Part shown: one piece after another, positions 29,429 through 38,633 of the stretch
How the letters are laid out: every line of letters begins with the position of its first letter
Numbering within the stretch: position 1 is the first letter of the stretch
IMG/VR virus record: IMGVR_UViG_3300028887_000098
DNA: 64,000 nucleotides
Reading direction: 5' to 3' (one strand)
DNA from: a virus
Taxonomy: Duplodnaviria > Heunggongvirae > Uroviricota > Caudoviricetes
Position numbers and translations under genes: made by a program
Notes under the pieces: model-generated
The model's database searches: none
Seen by the model: only the letters and a program-made list of their open reading frames with translations
Told to the model about the DNA's origin: nothing

Positions 29429-30748
29429 ATGAAGATTACAAAGACACAAGCCGGTATGATGGAACGCTGGGGCAAGGCTCCAGGCGGACTTTCAGTCGCT
29501 GGCATTAAGGACAATCTTGTCCGTTATAATACTGCACGTCTTTTGGAAAACCAGCAGACTAAGAACCTCGGTTCTGAACTCTTGACTGAAGATTTTACTC
29601 AGGGCGTAGGTGCTCCACTTGGTCTTGACCAGGGTATTCCACACGGTGGTGACGCAAAGGGTGTTTTCGCACCGATTTCTTTGGCACTTGTCCGTCGTGT
29701 TTTCCCACAGCTTTTCGCTAACGTCCTCGTTGGTGTTCAGCCATTGACTGGTCCTGTCGGTCTTGCTTTCGCACTCCGTTACATTTATAAGACCAATAAC
29801 CCGAACGAACTCGTTGAAGCCGCATGGAAGGCAGTTCCTCGCTTCTCTGGTTATACCGGTTCTACCGCTAACACAGATGGCGAATGGGATGCTGGTACTG
29901 GTGTTGATACTCAGTCTGCTGAAGGCTGGAAGATCACTGGTCCGACCTTCGGTTCTGATGACCCGTCTGTAAGCCGTAAGATGCCAGAACTTGGTCTTAT
30001 GCTCAGCCGTCAGTCTATCGTTGCTAAGACCCGTAAGCTCGCTGCTAGCTTCTCTCTCGAATCTGCAGCTGATATCAAGGCTATGCAGGGTATCGAAATG
30101 ATGACTGAAATGATCAACGTTCTCCAGCAGGAAATGACTGCAGAAATGGACCGTGAAACAATCGGCCGCTGCAAGAGCCTCTGTACTCCACGTGTTTACA
30201 ACAAGGCTGATCAGACCCTCGCTAACAACGATTCCTTCATTGGTACAAACTCTCAGGAACGTTTCGGTCTCATTATCACTCACATCATGAAGGGTGTTAA
30301 CGACATTCGTACCGCTACTCGTCGTGGTGCTGCTAACATCGCAGTCGTCTCCCCAGACGTTGCTACTGTTCTTCAGGTTGCTAACCCATGGTTCACCAAG
30401 GTTGCTCATGAAGTTAACGGTTCTGCAGTTACTCCGGAAATGGGTACATTGAACGGTGTTGTTAAGGTCTTCTGTGACCAGTATGCTGTTGACGAATTCG
30501 GCGCAAACGACAACGGTGAAGTTCTCTTAGCATTCAAGGGCTCTAGCCTCTATGATGCTGGTGTTATCTTCTGCCCATACGTTACCGGTGTTGTCAACCA
30601 GGCAATCGATCCTAACGACTTCTCTCCAAGAGTCGGTATCATGAGCCGTTATGGTTTCGCACACAACATGCTTGGTGCTGAAAACTATTATCGCTTGCTC
30701 AAGTTCAACGGACTCTTCCAGGATGCTCCAGAAGCTCTCGTTTGGTAA
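29429..30748 (+). CDS. major capsid protein (T4 gp23-like)
   Basis: ISLALVRRVFPQLFANVLVGVQPLTGPVGLAFALRYIY aligns with T4 gp23 VMGMVRRAIPNLIAFDICGVQPMNSPTGQVFALRAVY. An L-T-E|D site upstream is positioned like the gp23 propeptide cleavage site. Strong SD (AGGAG). Confidence 0.9.
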   Translation: MKITKTQAGMMERWGKAPGGLSVAGIKDNLVRYNTARLLENQQTKNLGSELLTEDFTQGVGAPLGLDQGIPHGGDAKGVFAPISLALVRRVFPQLFANVLVGVQPLTGPVGLAFALRYIYKTNNPNELVEAAWKAVPRFSGYTGSTANTDGEWDAGTGVDTQSAEGWKITGPTFGSDDPSVSRKMPELGLMLSRQSIVAKTRKLAASFSLESAADIKAMQGIEMMTEMINVLQQEMTAEMDRETIGRCKSLCTPRVYNKADQTLANNDSFIGTNSQERFGLIITHIMKGVNDIRTATRRGAANIAVVSPDVATVLQVANPWFTKVAHEVNGSAVTPEMGTLNGVVKVFCDQYAVDEFGANDNGEVLLAFKGSSLYDAGVIFCPYVTGVVNQAIDPNDFSPRVGIMSRYGFAHNMLGAENYYRLLKFNGLFQDAPEALVW

Positions 30749-30770
30749 TCGTTATTGAACAAACAAATTT

Positions 30771-30802
30771 AAAAATACAGGTCTTTATGGCCTGTATTTT
30801 TA
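30771..30802 (+). terminator. rho-independent terminator after the capsid gene
   Basis: ACAGGTC-tttatg-GCCTGT followed by a T-run. Confidence 0.55.
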
Positions 30803-30820
30803 TTTTAATAAATAATACAT

Positions 30821-31450
30821 ATGAGATTCAAAGATTTTTATAATTTAAATGAAAGCATTTATGCAAACGTTCCTAAGCTTAGACGTTTATTTGAACTTGC
30901 TTTAGATAATGGTAAAACTATAGACGATTATATCAGAATAGATAAACATGCACCTAAAGAATTAATCCTTATTTCTCCTATGATTTTTGATGAATTATCA
31001 GAAGAAGAAGTAAAGAAAATTTGCGATACGGCTGGTTTCTATTGCAGTATTCACTATGGTGCTAAAGGAAGACCACTTCCATTTGACCCTATTTATATAA
31101 CACCAAAAAATCAAAGAGAACCATTAAAACTTGGTAATATTGAATATTATCACTGTTCTGAAGCTCCTAACTTAGATAAATCTGGTATTCGTTTGAGATC
31201 AAGACTTGTAGATAATGATTTTGACGTTTATGAAGATAGAGCTTACCTTGCTCCTGTTTCTTTAGCTGGTGATGTTCATGAGTTAATTGAAATGGTCGCA
31301 TCAGAACATAATTGCGATGAGTCTGACGTATATGTTTATAAAGTTACGTTACCAAAAGGTTACGAAGTCTATCAAGACCCGACAAAACCAAATGCTGTAT
31401 ATGTAACTAATGAAATACCAGCAAAGTATATTACTAAGATAAATGTATAA
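30821..31450 (+). CDS. hypothetical protein
   Basis: 209-aa ORF. Confidence 0.3.
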   Translation: MRFKDFYNLNESIYANVPKLRRLFELALDNGKTIDDYIRIDKHAPKELILISPMIFDELSEEEVKKICDTAGFYCSIHYGAKGRPLPFDPIYITPKNQREPLKLGNIEYYHCSEAPNLDKSGIRLRSRLVDNDFDVYEDRAYLAPVSLAGDVHELIEMVASEHNCDESDVYVYKVTLPKGYEVYQDPTKPNAVYVTNEIPAKYITKINV

Positions 31451-31539
31451 AGTTATACAAGAATTATCAAAAATTTTTTATAAATAAAATAGGTGTATGA
31501 GAATGGTCTTATACATAGGATAATTTAGGAGAAATAATT

Positions 31540-31926
31540 ATGAAACGTAGAGAAGATCTTTACAATTTGGGTAATGACTACTTCCAGAAGACTGATGTCT
31601 ATTTCGTAACTAAGGATGAAGAAGCTGCTAAGTCTGCTGGTATCGAAGGTTACAAGGCATACTCTGATGGTTTGTTCCACTTCACTACTCAGCCGGTTTA
31701 CGAACTTTCTGGTGGTGCAAGTGCTCTCAACAAGAGAATTTTCAATGTTCCACAGTCTGCATGGGGTAAACAGTTCGACACTGTTCCGACTTCTGGTTGG
31801 GAAACATTCAGTGCAATTAATGCTGCTTCTGCTGTCTTAACATCTGGCTATGCTACGGGTGTTGTTGTTGGTGAAGGTGAAATTGAAAAAGACTATACCA
31901 AGACACCAGCTGGTGAAGATGACTAA
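31540..31926 (+). CDS. hypothetical small virion-associated protein
   Basis: 128-aa ORF with a strong SD. Located in the head gene block. Confidence 0.3.
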   Translation: MKRREDLYNLGNDYFQKTDVYFVTKDEEAAKSAGIEGYKAYSDGLFHFTTQPVYELSGGASALNKRIFNVPQSAWGKQFDTVPTSGWETFSAINAASAVLTSGYATGVVVGEGEIEKDYTKTPAGEDD

Positions 31927-31950
31927 TCATTAACCAAACATAAACAATTT

Positions 31951-31983
31951 AAAAGACCTTAGAGTAAAATCTAAGGTTTTTTA
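31951..31983. terminator. bidirectional terminator
   Basis: AAAAGACCTTAG-agtaaaatc-TAAGGTTTTTT. Confidence 0.55.
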
Positions 31984-32286
31984 TTTTAATAAATTTTCAA
32001 TTTGTCTATCGACTTTATAGTTTTCTTTTTCCATCATACCGTCCATGGCCCAGGAAATATCTTTTTTAAATTCTTCGTCATTAAATACATATTTTTTGAA
32101 TAGACGTGTATAACCTGCATTAAAGTGAATATAGCATATTAGTTCATTGGAAACAATGGAAATATTACCGAACATATAATGTCGATTAAAACCGATTAAA
32201 TACATATATTGAGAAATACGACAAGAATAAAGCTTATATTTCTTTATTATGTCAATAATATCTTGTTCTACGTATATTCGCTGCAT
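31981..32286 (-). CDS. hypothetical protein
   Basis: 101-aa ORF. Confidence 0.25.
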   Translation of the reverse strand: MQRIYVEQDIIDIIKKYKLYSCRISQYMYLIGFNRHYMFGNISIVSNELICYIHFNAGYTRLFKKYVFNDEEFKKDISWAMDGMMEKENYKVDRQIENLLK

Positions 32287-32347
32287 ATTTTATATATTAA
32301 AAAACCAGAACGTTAATTCTGGTTTTAAAATTTTATGTAATTATTTA

Positions 32348-33208
32348 TTAGCGACGACCACGACCGACACCTCTGTTTCTATTATAAGCAGATTGTCTTG
32401 TACCAGCAGCAGAGTCCATATTTTCACCAGCTAACATAGCGTTTGTAATTTTATACAATGCGTCAGTTGGGCTATTAGCTTGGCGAAGTCTTGTTGCAAA
32501 AGTATTATAATACTTATCACCGATACCTTTACCAACTGCGGTTTTTACATCAGCCAATACTTTTTCGATTGCACCTTGAAGACCTAGTTGTGCAACAATA
32601 GCAAAGAATTTGCCACCAGAAACATATTCTTGACAAATACTTGTGAATGTAGTTCCTTCTGTGTCACCGAAATCTTCATTCAACTTACCGTCTTTCTTCT
32701 TTGCCCAGAAAGGAACAAATTCAGACTTCTTGCCTTTCTTCTTACCTTTCTTTTTCTTGCTACCAGCACCGCAGCAACCTTCATCTAAGTCACTGAAATC
32801 AAGATCATTTGCTGAAATTCTTTCACCAGTATCAGTATTTTCAACATAAGCAAGCTTATAATATGTTCCGTTACCAGTGTCACAAGAACCAAGTTGAATA
32901 ATATCGTCAGCAACATCAGTTCCGAATTCATTAGCCATTTCTTCAAAAGTGTAGCTTACTGTTTCGTTTGGTTCTTGGTTATCGAAGTCAGGAAAATCAT
33001 TATCTGGATTATAATAAATATCGACGCCGTAAACACGATTATCATCTACATCTTCATTAATGATTTGATAACCAGCACGTTTTGCTACACGCTTTGCTTC
33101 TTCAAGTTCTTCACGTGCAACACGCTCGCGGAATGATTCGCCTTCAATATTTTTAGCGATACGATAGCCTCGCTCTTCTACAATTTTTTTAGCTTCCAAG
33201 AATGTCAT
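32348..33208 (-). CDS. putative packaged internal protein (targeting-motif family member, poly-Lys patch)
   Basis: N-terminus MTFLEAKKIVEERGYRI, with a second copy LEEAKRVAKRAGYQI. Also has CCGAGSKKKKGKKKGKK and a C-terminal RNRGVGRGRR. Confidence 0.45.
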   Translation of the reverse strand: MTFLEAKKIVEERGYRIAKNIEGESFRERVAREELEEAKRVAKRAGYQIINEDVDDNRVYGVDIYYNPDNDFPDFDNQEPNETVSYTFEEMANEFGTDVADDIIQLGSCDTGNGTYYKLAYVENTDTGERISANDLDFSDLDEGCCGAGSKKKKGKKKGKKSEFVPFWAKKKDGKLNEDFGDTEGTTFTSICQEYVSGGKFFAIVAQLGLQGAIEKVLADVKTAVGKGIGDKYYNTFATRLRQANSPTDALYKITNAMLAGENMDSAAGTRQSAYNRNRGVGRGRR

Positions 33209-33287
33209 ATTAATTCCTTTTAATTGTTATTTATAATATTTATAATTTTGAAATTCCGAAAAATTCAAATATTAAACTATAAATATA

Positions 33288-33295
33288 TTAATAGA
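33288..33295 (+). promoter_or_regulatory. late promoter box TATAAATA (prohead protease gene)
   Basis: Exact box 20 nt upstream of 33315. Confidence 0.4.
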
Positions 33296-33314
33296 ATATA
33301 AAGGAATTTAAACT

Positions 33315-33980
33315 ATGGAAGCTAAAAAGTTATTAAATGAAGCAGCTATTGCCGAATCAAAGATTCTTAATGAAGAAACAAACGGCGTAAAGCACATGTA
33401 TATTTCTGGTCCTTTCCTTCAGGCAGTAGATACTAACAGAAATGGTCGTATTTATTCTAGGGAAATTATTGAAAGAGAAGTTAACAAGTTCCAGAGTCTT
33501 ATTGAGTCTCGTGAAGCCGTTGGTGAACTTTCTCACCCAGAATCAATCGAAATTAACCCAGACCGTGCAGCAATCTTGATTACTGAATTGAAGATGGATG
33601 GTAATCTCGCAATCGGTAAGGCTAAGGTTCTTACTACTCCATGTGGAAAGATTCTCGAATCCCTTTTGAATGACGGTGTTCGTATGGGTGTTTCTTCAAG
33701 AGGAACTGGTAACTTGACTGAAGGTAATATGGTTGCAGACGACTATTCTCTTGCTACAATCGATGCAGTTTACATGCCTTCCGCACAGGTCGCATATGCA
33801 GATGCAATGTATGAATCTGTCCAATATGCTTCTAAGTGGGTTCTTAACGAAGCAACTGGTCTCTATATTGAAAAGAGAGAAAAAGTTGACGAAGCTACTA
33901 AGGCATTCAATAAGAAGGTTGACGATATTGGTTCTAAGATTATCGTTGAAGCTTTCAAGGATTGGTTAAAGTCAATCTAA
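33315..33980 (+). CDS. prohead core protease (T4 gp21-like, S78/U9 family)
   Basis: GELSHPES and GVSSRGTG match the His- and Ser-containing active-site blocks of the gp21 family. Size (221 aa) and position next to the capsid genes are consistent. Confidence 0.7.
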   Translation: MEAKKLLNEAAIAESKILNEETNGVKHMYISGPFLQAVDTNRNGRIYSREIIEREVNKFQSLIESREAVGELSHPESIEINPDRAAILITELKMDGNLAIGKAKVLTTPCGKILESLLNDGVRMGVSSRGTGNLTEGNMVADDYSLATIDAVYMPSAQVAYADAMYESVQYASKWVLNEATGLYIEKREKVDEATKAFNKKVDDIGSKIIVEAFKDWLKSI

Positions 33981-33999
33981 AATAAATTTACATAAAATA

Positions 34000-34030
34000 A
34001 AAATAGAGGTTTTAATAACCTCTATTTTTT
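34000..34030. terminator. bidirectional terminator
   Basis: AAAATAGAGGTT-ttaat-AACCTCTATTTTTT. Confidence 0.6.
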
Positions 34031-35096
34031 ATATCGAAGCTTTTTCACAGAATACGTTATGGTCCCAATATTGAACTGCATTTGCAAACCATTCAACTTG
34101 TTCCATAGAAATTGGTGTATATCTATGATAGTCTGTTGCTAAGTCAAATCCATTTTTCTTAGCAAATGCTCTTCCATGAATATGACCATAAAGAACAATG
34201 CTATCTGGATAACGTGGATGAACCTTACCTTCATCTGGTTCATGAATAACATGATAAGTTTTCTTATTATGTTCAAATGTTGCCTTAGAAACTACATCAA
34301 TATGTCTATCCTTTAGTTCAGAAACTATCTTATTAATCTCTGTTTCTAACTTCCTATCGTAATTACCCATGACCCAAACGAGCTGCTTATAATTCAAATC
34401 AGATAAGATGTTTTTCATTGTAGATAAATCACCGAAATCGCCAGCATGATAAACTGTATCATTCATTGTAACTGTCTTATTCCAATTACTCATCATTTCC
34501 AAATCCATTTCAAAAAGATTAACAAACGGTCTTCTGGAATAATCTAATGTTCTTTGCTGAGAGAAATGAGTATCAGCAGTGAAGAAAGTATCAGACGGAG
34601 ATTTTTCAAGTTTTTTAACTACATGTTTTAAAAGTTCTTCAAGATTATTCCAATACTTGATTTTCTTCATATCAAGTCTGCATTTAAGATAATCATTCTT
34701 ATCTGCCCAATCTGGAAATCCACAGTAAACACCAGGTTTATCAAACCAATCACCGAATTCAATATTGGTTGTAAATGCTGGAAATTTCTTTTTAGTATCT
34801 CTTGCAACCCAGAAGACAATAGCAGAAGCTTTCTTCATCGCGATATATTCCCAAGTAGTTTGCTGCATTAATGCATCATTACCGTACTTATCACGAAGCT
34901 TTTGGAAATCTGCATTTGTTGGTGTAATAACCTTACCAGTAAAACCTAGTTTTTCAAGTATTTCAAATGCTTCATTTCTCCAATCATCATCATAATTTTC
35001 TCTAGGGCAAGGACCGGCAAGAAAAATAGAATTATTCATATCACCAGATAATTGTTCTTCTGGTTTCATATCAGGATTAGCTTTTATTATATTCAT
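34029..35096 (-). CDS. nucleoside 2-deoxyribosyltransferase-like domain fused to calcineurin-like metallophosphoesterase
   Basis: The N-terminal half has NSIFLAGPCP (NDT-type G-rich loop) and TTNIEFGDWF (catalytic-Glu region). The C-terminal half has ordered MPE motifs: DTHF (DxH), HAGDFGD (GD), MGNYD (GNHD-like) and YGHIHGR (GHxH). Confidence 0.55.
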   Translation of the reverse strand: MNIIKANPDMKPEEQLSGDMNNSIFLAGPCPRENYDDDWRNEAFEILEKLGFTGKVITPTNADFQKLRDKYGNDALMQQTTWEYIAMKKASAIVFWVARDTKKKFPAFTTNIEFGDWFDKPGVYCGFPDWADKNDYLKCRLDMKKIKYWNNLEELLKHVVKKLEKSPSDTFFTADTHFSQQRTLDYSRRPFVNLFEMDLEMMSNWNKTVTMNDTVYHAGDFGDLSTMKNILSDLNYKQLVWVMGNYDRKLETEINKIVSELKDRHIDVVSKATFEHNKKTYHVIHEPDEGKVHPRYPDSIVLYGHIHGRAFAKKNGFDLATDYHRYTPISMEQVEWFANAVQYWDHNVFCEKASI

Positions 35097-35129
35097 ATTA
35101 TCCTTTAATAATTAGTAATACAAATATAG

Positions 35130-35154
35130 AAAAAGACTGTCAAGCGACAGTCTT
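35130..35154 (-). terminator. rho-independent terminator (minus strand) followed by a CTATATTTG motif
   Basis: Reverse complement reads AAGACTGTCGCTTGACAGTCTTTTTCTATATTTG. Confidence 0.55.
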
Positions 35155-35177
35155 ATATAAATTTTATTTGATTTTTA

Positions 35178-35723
35178 TTAATATAATGGTCCGCGTCCGC
35201 GTTGTGCATTATTGAAGTTTTGCATAGCTATATCATCGAGAAATTCTTCAGATTCTTCTGGACCGTATGCAAAAGATTCATCGTCATTTTCAATATCGAA
35301 ATCGTCAATATCGTTATAAGATTCATCTGGAATATTGTTCGGGTCATTTGCCCAATCAATATAGCCTTGGAAGTTACAACGTTCACAACCTTCGCCGCCG
35401 CAATCTGGACAGATATTTACTTCTTGATCATCTGCACATCCGAGCGGGTCAGTGCAACATTCGTCACCGTCACATTCATAACCGCATTCTTTCAAGAGAT
35501 AATCTTGGAAGTGTTTAGGGTCAAAGAGTGGATGATGACCAGCATAACGTTTAGATTCCTTTACAAAGCGTAAACCATTTGCATTAACGATTTTCTTTGC
35601 TTCGGCAAGCTTTTCTTCTGGTGACATTTCTTTCTTTTTCGGTTCAGCAACTGGCTTCTTAGTATTTCTTGTAAGATGATAGCCATATTTCTGAACAAGC
35701 TTTACTGCTTCATTAAATTCCAT
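35178..35723 (-). CDS. putative packaged internal protein (targeting-motif family member, Cys-rich)
   Basis: N-terminus MEFNEAVKLVQKYGYHL plus a second copy LAEAKKIVNANGLRF. A Cys-rich cluster CGYECDGDECC ... CPDCGGEGCERC follows, then an acidic tail ending RGRGPLY. Confidence 0.45.
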   Translation of the reverse strand: MEFNEAVKLVQKYGYHLTRNTKKPVAEPKKKEMSPEEKLAEAKKIVNANGLRFVKESKRYAGHHPLFDPKHFQDYLLKECGYECDGDECCTDPLGCADDQEVNICPDCGGEGCERCNFQGYIDWANDPNNIPDESYNDIDDFDIENDDESFAYGPEESEEFLDDIAMQNFNNAQRGRGPLY

Positions 35724-35735
35724 TTTAAATTCTCC

Positions 35736-36164
35736 TTAGGTAAATTTTAAAAGTAATCCGTATTCATTTTCTAATTTCTGAACAGTGTCAGACATTAGGT
35801 TATTCAGTGCAACTTTGCTCTTGAATTGTTCAGAAAGTTTTTCAACTTCATCAATATAGAAGCGAAGTTTTCTAAGTGCATTTTCTTTATTGTAGATTTC
35901 ATCGGAAATGAGATAGCTCTTAGAAGCGACCTTAAATTCAGTTCCAGTAGCCAATACTATTTCAACGAGTTGATCTGCAAAATCTCTAATTGTTTCATAA
36001 ACCGTCTGGAAATGCGTATGATGGAAACCAGAATCGCAAGACCAGTGGAAAATATGGACCTTATTAGCAAAAGTAAGAGAATCTACAGCGAATGTATATA
36101 ATCTCTGATATTCTGCCTCATTAGTTCCAGCTAAATATGATATAAATGTTTCTGTTTCATCCAT
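35736..36164 (-). CDS. Dps/ferritin-like protein
   Basis: HIFHWSCDSGFHHTHFQTVYETIRDFADQLVEIV parallels the Dps ferroxidase block HWNVkGpnFxxLHexFeexYdexxdxxDeiAERi. Length (142 aa) is in the Dps range. Confidence 0.4.
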   Translation of the reverse strand: MDETETFISYLAGTNEAEYQRLYTFAVDSLTFANKVHIFHWSCDSGFHHTHFQTVYETIRDFADQLVEIVLATGTEFKVASKSYLISDEIYNKENALRKLRFYIDEVEKLSEQFKSKVALNNLMSDTVQKLENEYGLLLKFT

Positions 36165-36198
36165 AAAAATTCCTTTAATTATTTATAGTTTAAGCATT

Positions 36199-37770
36199 TT
36201 ACATTTCTGTACTTTGCTGTTTTTTCATTTCTTCGCGGTATTTCTTCTGGAAGTTCATTTTTTCTTTCATAGGTAAGTTTGTAGCACCTACAGAGAAGTT
36301 AATTCCTCTGAAATCTGCAGCATCACGTTTTTGTTTATTTGTTTCTTCTTCAAAGTCTCGTTTTGCCGAAATATATGCCCATTGGTTTATAGTAAGACCA
36401 TGTTCGTTTACTTCACCGTTAATATATTTTGTTCCATTATCATTTTGATATGGTTTAACGCTAGAATTCTTTGTAGTCTGTATTTTTTCAACAACCGGAG
36501 GTTCAGTTTGAGTAACTTCTGCCTGTTTTTGTGGAACAGACGGTTCTTCAAGTCGGGTTGTAATTTCTTCACTGATTGCTGCGACTCTTGCATCATGTCT
36601 ATCTTTAAGACCTTGCCAATCTTTTTGGTTAACGATTTTTTGTGCCATTGCACGTTCTTCTTCAGTATAACCAGCGTTATAAGTTCTGCCATATCTAGGC
36701 TTACCATTATCAAGTTCACCTCGCATCATTCTATATGCGAGTTCGTCTGCTCTATCTGCACTGGATAGAGTATCAAGCTGAACTGGATTATTTGCAATTT
36801 TAAGAATATCAGAATCAGGTTCTTTATCAGCCTTTATTACATAATCATCGAACGTAAATTCTTGATCAGCAGTTAATACATCGTTTTGACCTTCATTCTG
36901 AGGTTCACCAGTAGGAACTTGACCACCATTATTAAATTCATTTACAAGATTTGTATTATTTGCATCAGCAGGAGCAACATCTTGAGATTGATTATTTTCG
37001 TTTTCAGAATTTAAAAGATTATTAGTATTTGTTGGATTTTCATTAGTTATATCTTGTTCAGTTGTAGGAGCATTAGTAGCGATATTAGGCGCAACAGTTT
37101 CTTTAATTGGAAGATTTTCAACACTAACTGTGTCTTCAGCAGCTCTATTATAGATTTCATAATCAGATTCTACAACAGAAACTGCATAGAATGTTCTATA
37201 GGAGAATTTTAATGTCCATTTTGCAATATCAGTAGAACTATATTCGAGGTTATATTTTGTATAATCAGTAAGTTTTAATTCTTGGAAAACATATTTTATA
37301 TAAACTTTATTGAATATATTGCTGAAAACATAAACAGTCAATTCAGGAATATAGTCATCAAGTTTATACTGGAATTTATCTTCGTCAAAAAGTTTTGAAA
37401 GACACAAGTTTACAAAATTTTCGACAAATAAAGTATTATCAGTATTATAATGTTCAATAAGTTCTATTTCCAAATCTTCTAAAGATTTAGGGTCCATGTA
37501 AATAAAACTTTTACTATTGTTACCGTATGTAAAAATATCTTCTTTTGGTTTGTATGAAGGAATATTAACAGATGTGCATTCTGCTAATTCTATTTCATTA
37601 TTTTGCGGCTGTAAGATTCTAAGTGCATATTTGCTTTTAGTTCGATTAGTTGTTCCTTCAGCAAAATCTTCATCATTTAGCCTTATACGAACTTGGTAAG
37701 AATCTGATAATTTAACAGTTTTACCTATGTCGTAGTCATTTAAATAGCTGTATACGTTGCATAAACCCAT
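36199..37770 (-). CDS. hypothetical virion protein with N/T/Q-rich linker
   Basis: 523 aa. Globular N-terminal domain, a low-complexity middle region (NENPTNTNNLLNSENENNQSQ...) and a basic C-terminal domain. Confidence 0.3.
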   Translation of the reverse strand: MGLCNVYSYLNDYDIGKTVKLSDSYQVRIRLNDEDFAEGTTNRTKSKYALRILQPQNNEIELAECTSVNIPSYKPKEDIFTYGNNSKSFIYMDPKSLEDLEIELIEHYNTDNTLFVENFVNLCLSKLFDEDKFQYKLDDYIPELTVYVFSNIFNKVYIKYVFQELKLTDYTKYNLEYSSTDIAKWTLKFSYRTFYAVSVVESDYEIYNRAAEDTVSVENLPIKETVAPNIATNAPTTEQDITNENPTNTNNLLNSENENNQSQDVAPADANNTNLVNEFNNGGQVPTGEPQNEGQNDVLTADQEFTFDDYVIKADKEPDSDILKIANNPVQLDTLSSADRADELAYRMMRGELDNGKPRYGRTYNAGYTEEERAMAQKIVNQKDWQGLKDRHDARVAAISEEITTRLEEPSVPQKQAEVTQTEPPVVEKIQTTKNSSVKPYQNDNGTKYINGEVNEHGLTINQWAYISAKRDFEEETNKQKRDAADFRGINFSVGATNLPMKEKMNFQKKYREEMKKQQSTEM

Positions 37771-37790
37771 ACATTATTTATAAATAGTAT

Positions 37791-38633
37791 ATGGATTCGA
37801 AAACTTTAAATAAATGCTTAATTAATTACTGGACAGATAAAAAATCTGGAAAACATGAAGAACTTATAAAGCAACATGGTATGTTGCTATTAAAAAATTT
37901 AAAGGTAGAAGCTGACGACTTATTTGAACAAATCGAAGAAAATACATTTAAGTTTCAGACATTTCCGATGATTTCGTGGAATGAATTTTTAAACCGTGCA
38001 AATTTGGCAGAGTATTTAAAACCAGAATATGTTAAGGATGCATTGGAAGTTACGTCTTCGAGACCAGCAATAGGTAAAGGTGAATTTCTTTTTGTAAGCT
38101 GTTTTTCTAATCTTGCTTTCAGTGCAGGAAAAGGTGATGTCATCGATTTGAAAACTGGAAAGATTTGTGAATTTAAAGGTATTCGTTCTACTCTTTCTGG
38201 TGACAGTAAAGTATATAGACAGATGAATAAGTCGCTTATTTATTCTATCTTTTCGATGTTTGAGACTAGTGGTGAATATGACCACTTTAATCGCGATTGT
38301 GCAGACGATATAAGCAAATTATTGAAAGACAAGCCAAACTTATTAGTTAAGGTTTTGGAGCGTTTACAGAACGTTTCTGAGCCAAATACGAAGATTGCAC
38401 ACGCGTTTGCCGAATTATATAATATAAAGAATGATTTATTTACTGTTGTCGGTGCAATGCAATTATTTATTTACATGTTGGTCCAGAAAGCTTCATTTAT
38501 TTTATTTACTAACAATGAAGGATTCTGCTGTTTTGCAAGACCGCAAACGCCAGATGATGCATTTAGAATTGTAAAAGGTTTAAAGCTTTCTAGTTGGCAA
38601 ACTGGTGATTACGGAATGACTATAGGTATATAA
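37791..38633 (+). CDS. hypothetical protein with PD-(D/E)xK-like motif
   Basis: GKGEFLFVSC ... GDVIDLKTGKICEFKG gives E ... D ... ExK spacing consistent with a restriction-endonuclease-like fold. Confidence 0.3.
   Translation: MDSKTLNKCLINYWTDKKSGKHEELIKQHGMLLLKNLKVEADDLFEQIEENTFKFQTFPMISWNEFLNRANLAEYLKPEYVKDALEVTSSRPAIGKGEFLFVSCFSNLAFSAGKGDVIDLKTGKICEFKGIRSTLSGDSKVYRQMNKSLIYSIFSMFETSGEYDHFNRDCADDISKLLKDKPNLLVKVLERLQNVSEPNTKIAHAFAELYNIKNDLFTVVGAMQLFIYMLVQKASFILFTNNEGFCCFARPQTPDDAFRIVKGLKLSSWQTGDYGMTIGI

Noticed and set aside
29492-30409. 305-aa ORF antisense to the major capsid gene
   Set aside because: Shadow ORF of a highly conserved gene. The capsid gene is GC-richer and has few stop codons on the opposite strand, which is typical of such spurious ORFs.
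37775-37786. Annotating the palindromic TATTTATAAATA at 37775 as a functional bidirectional promoter
   Set aside because: It lies only 4-5 nt from both divergent start codons, leaving no room for a leader. Recorded as an observation instead.
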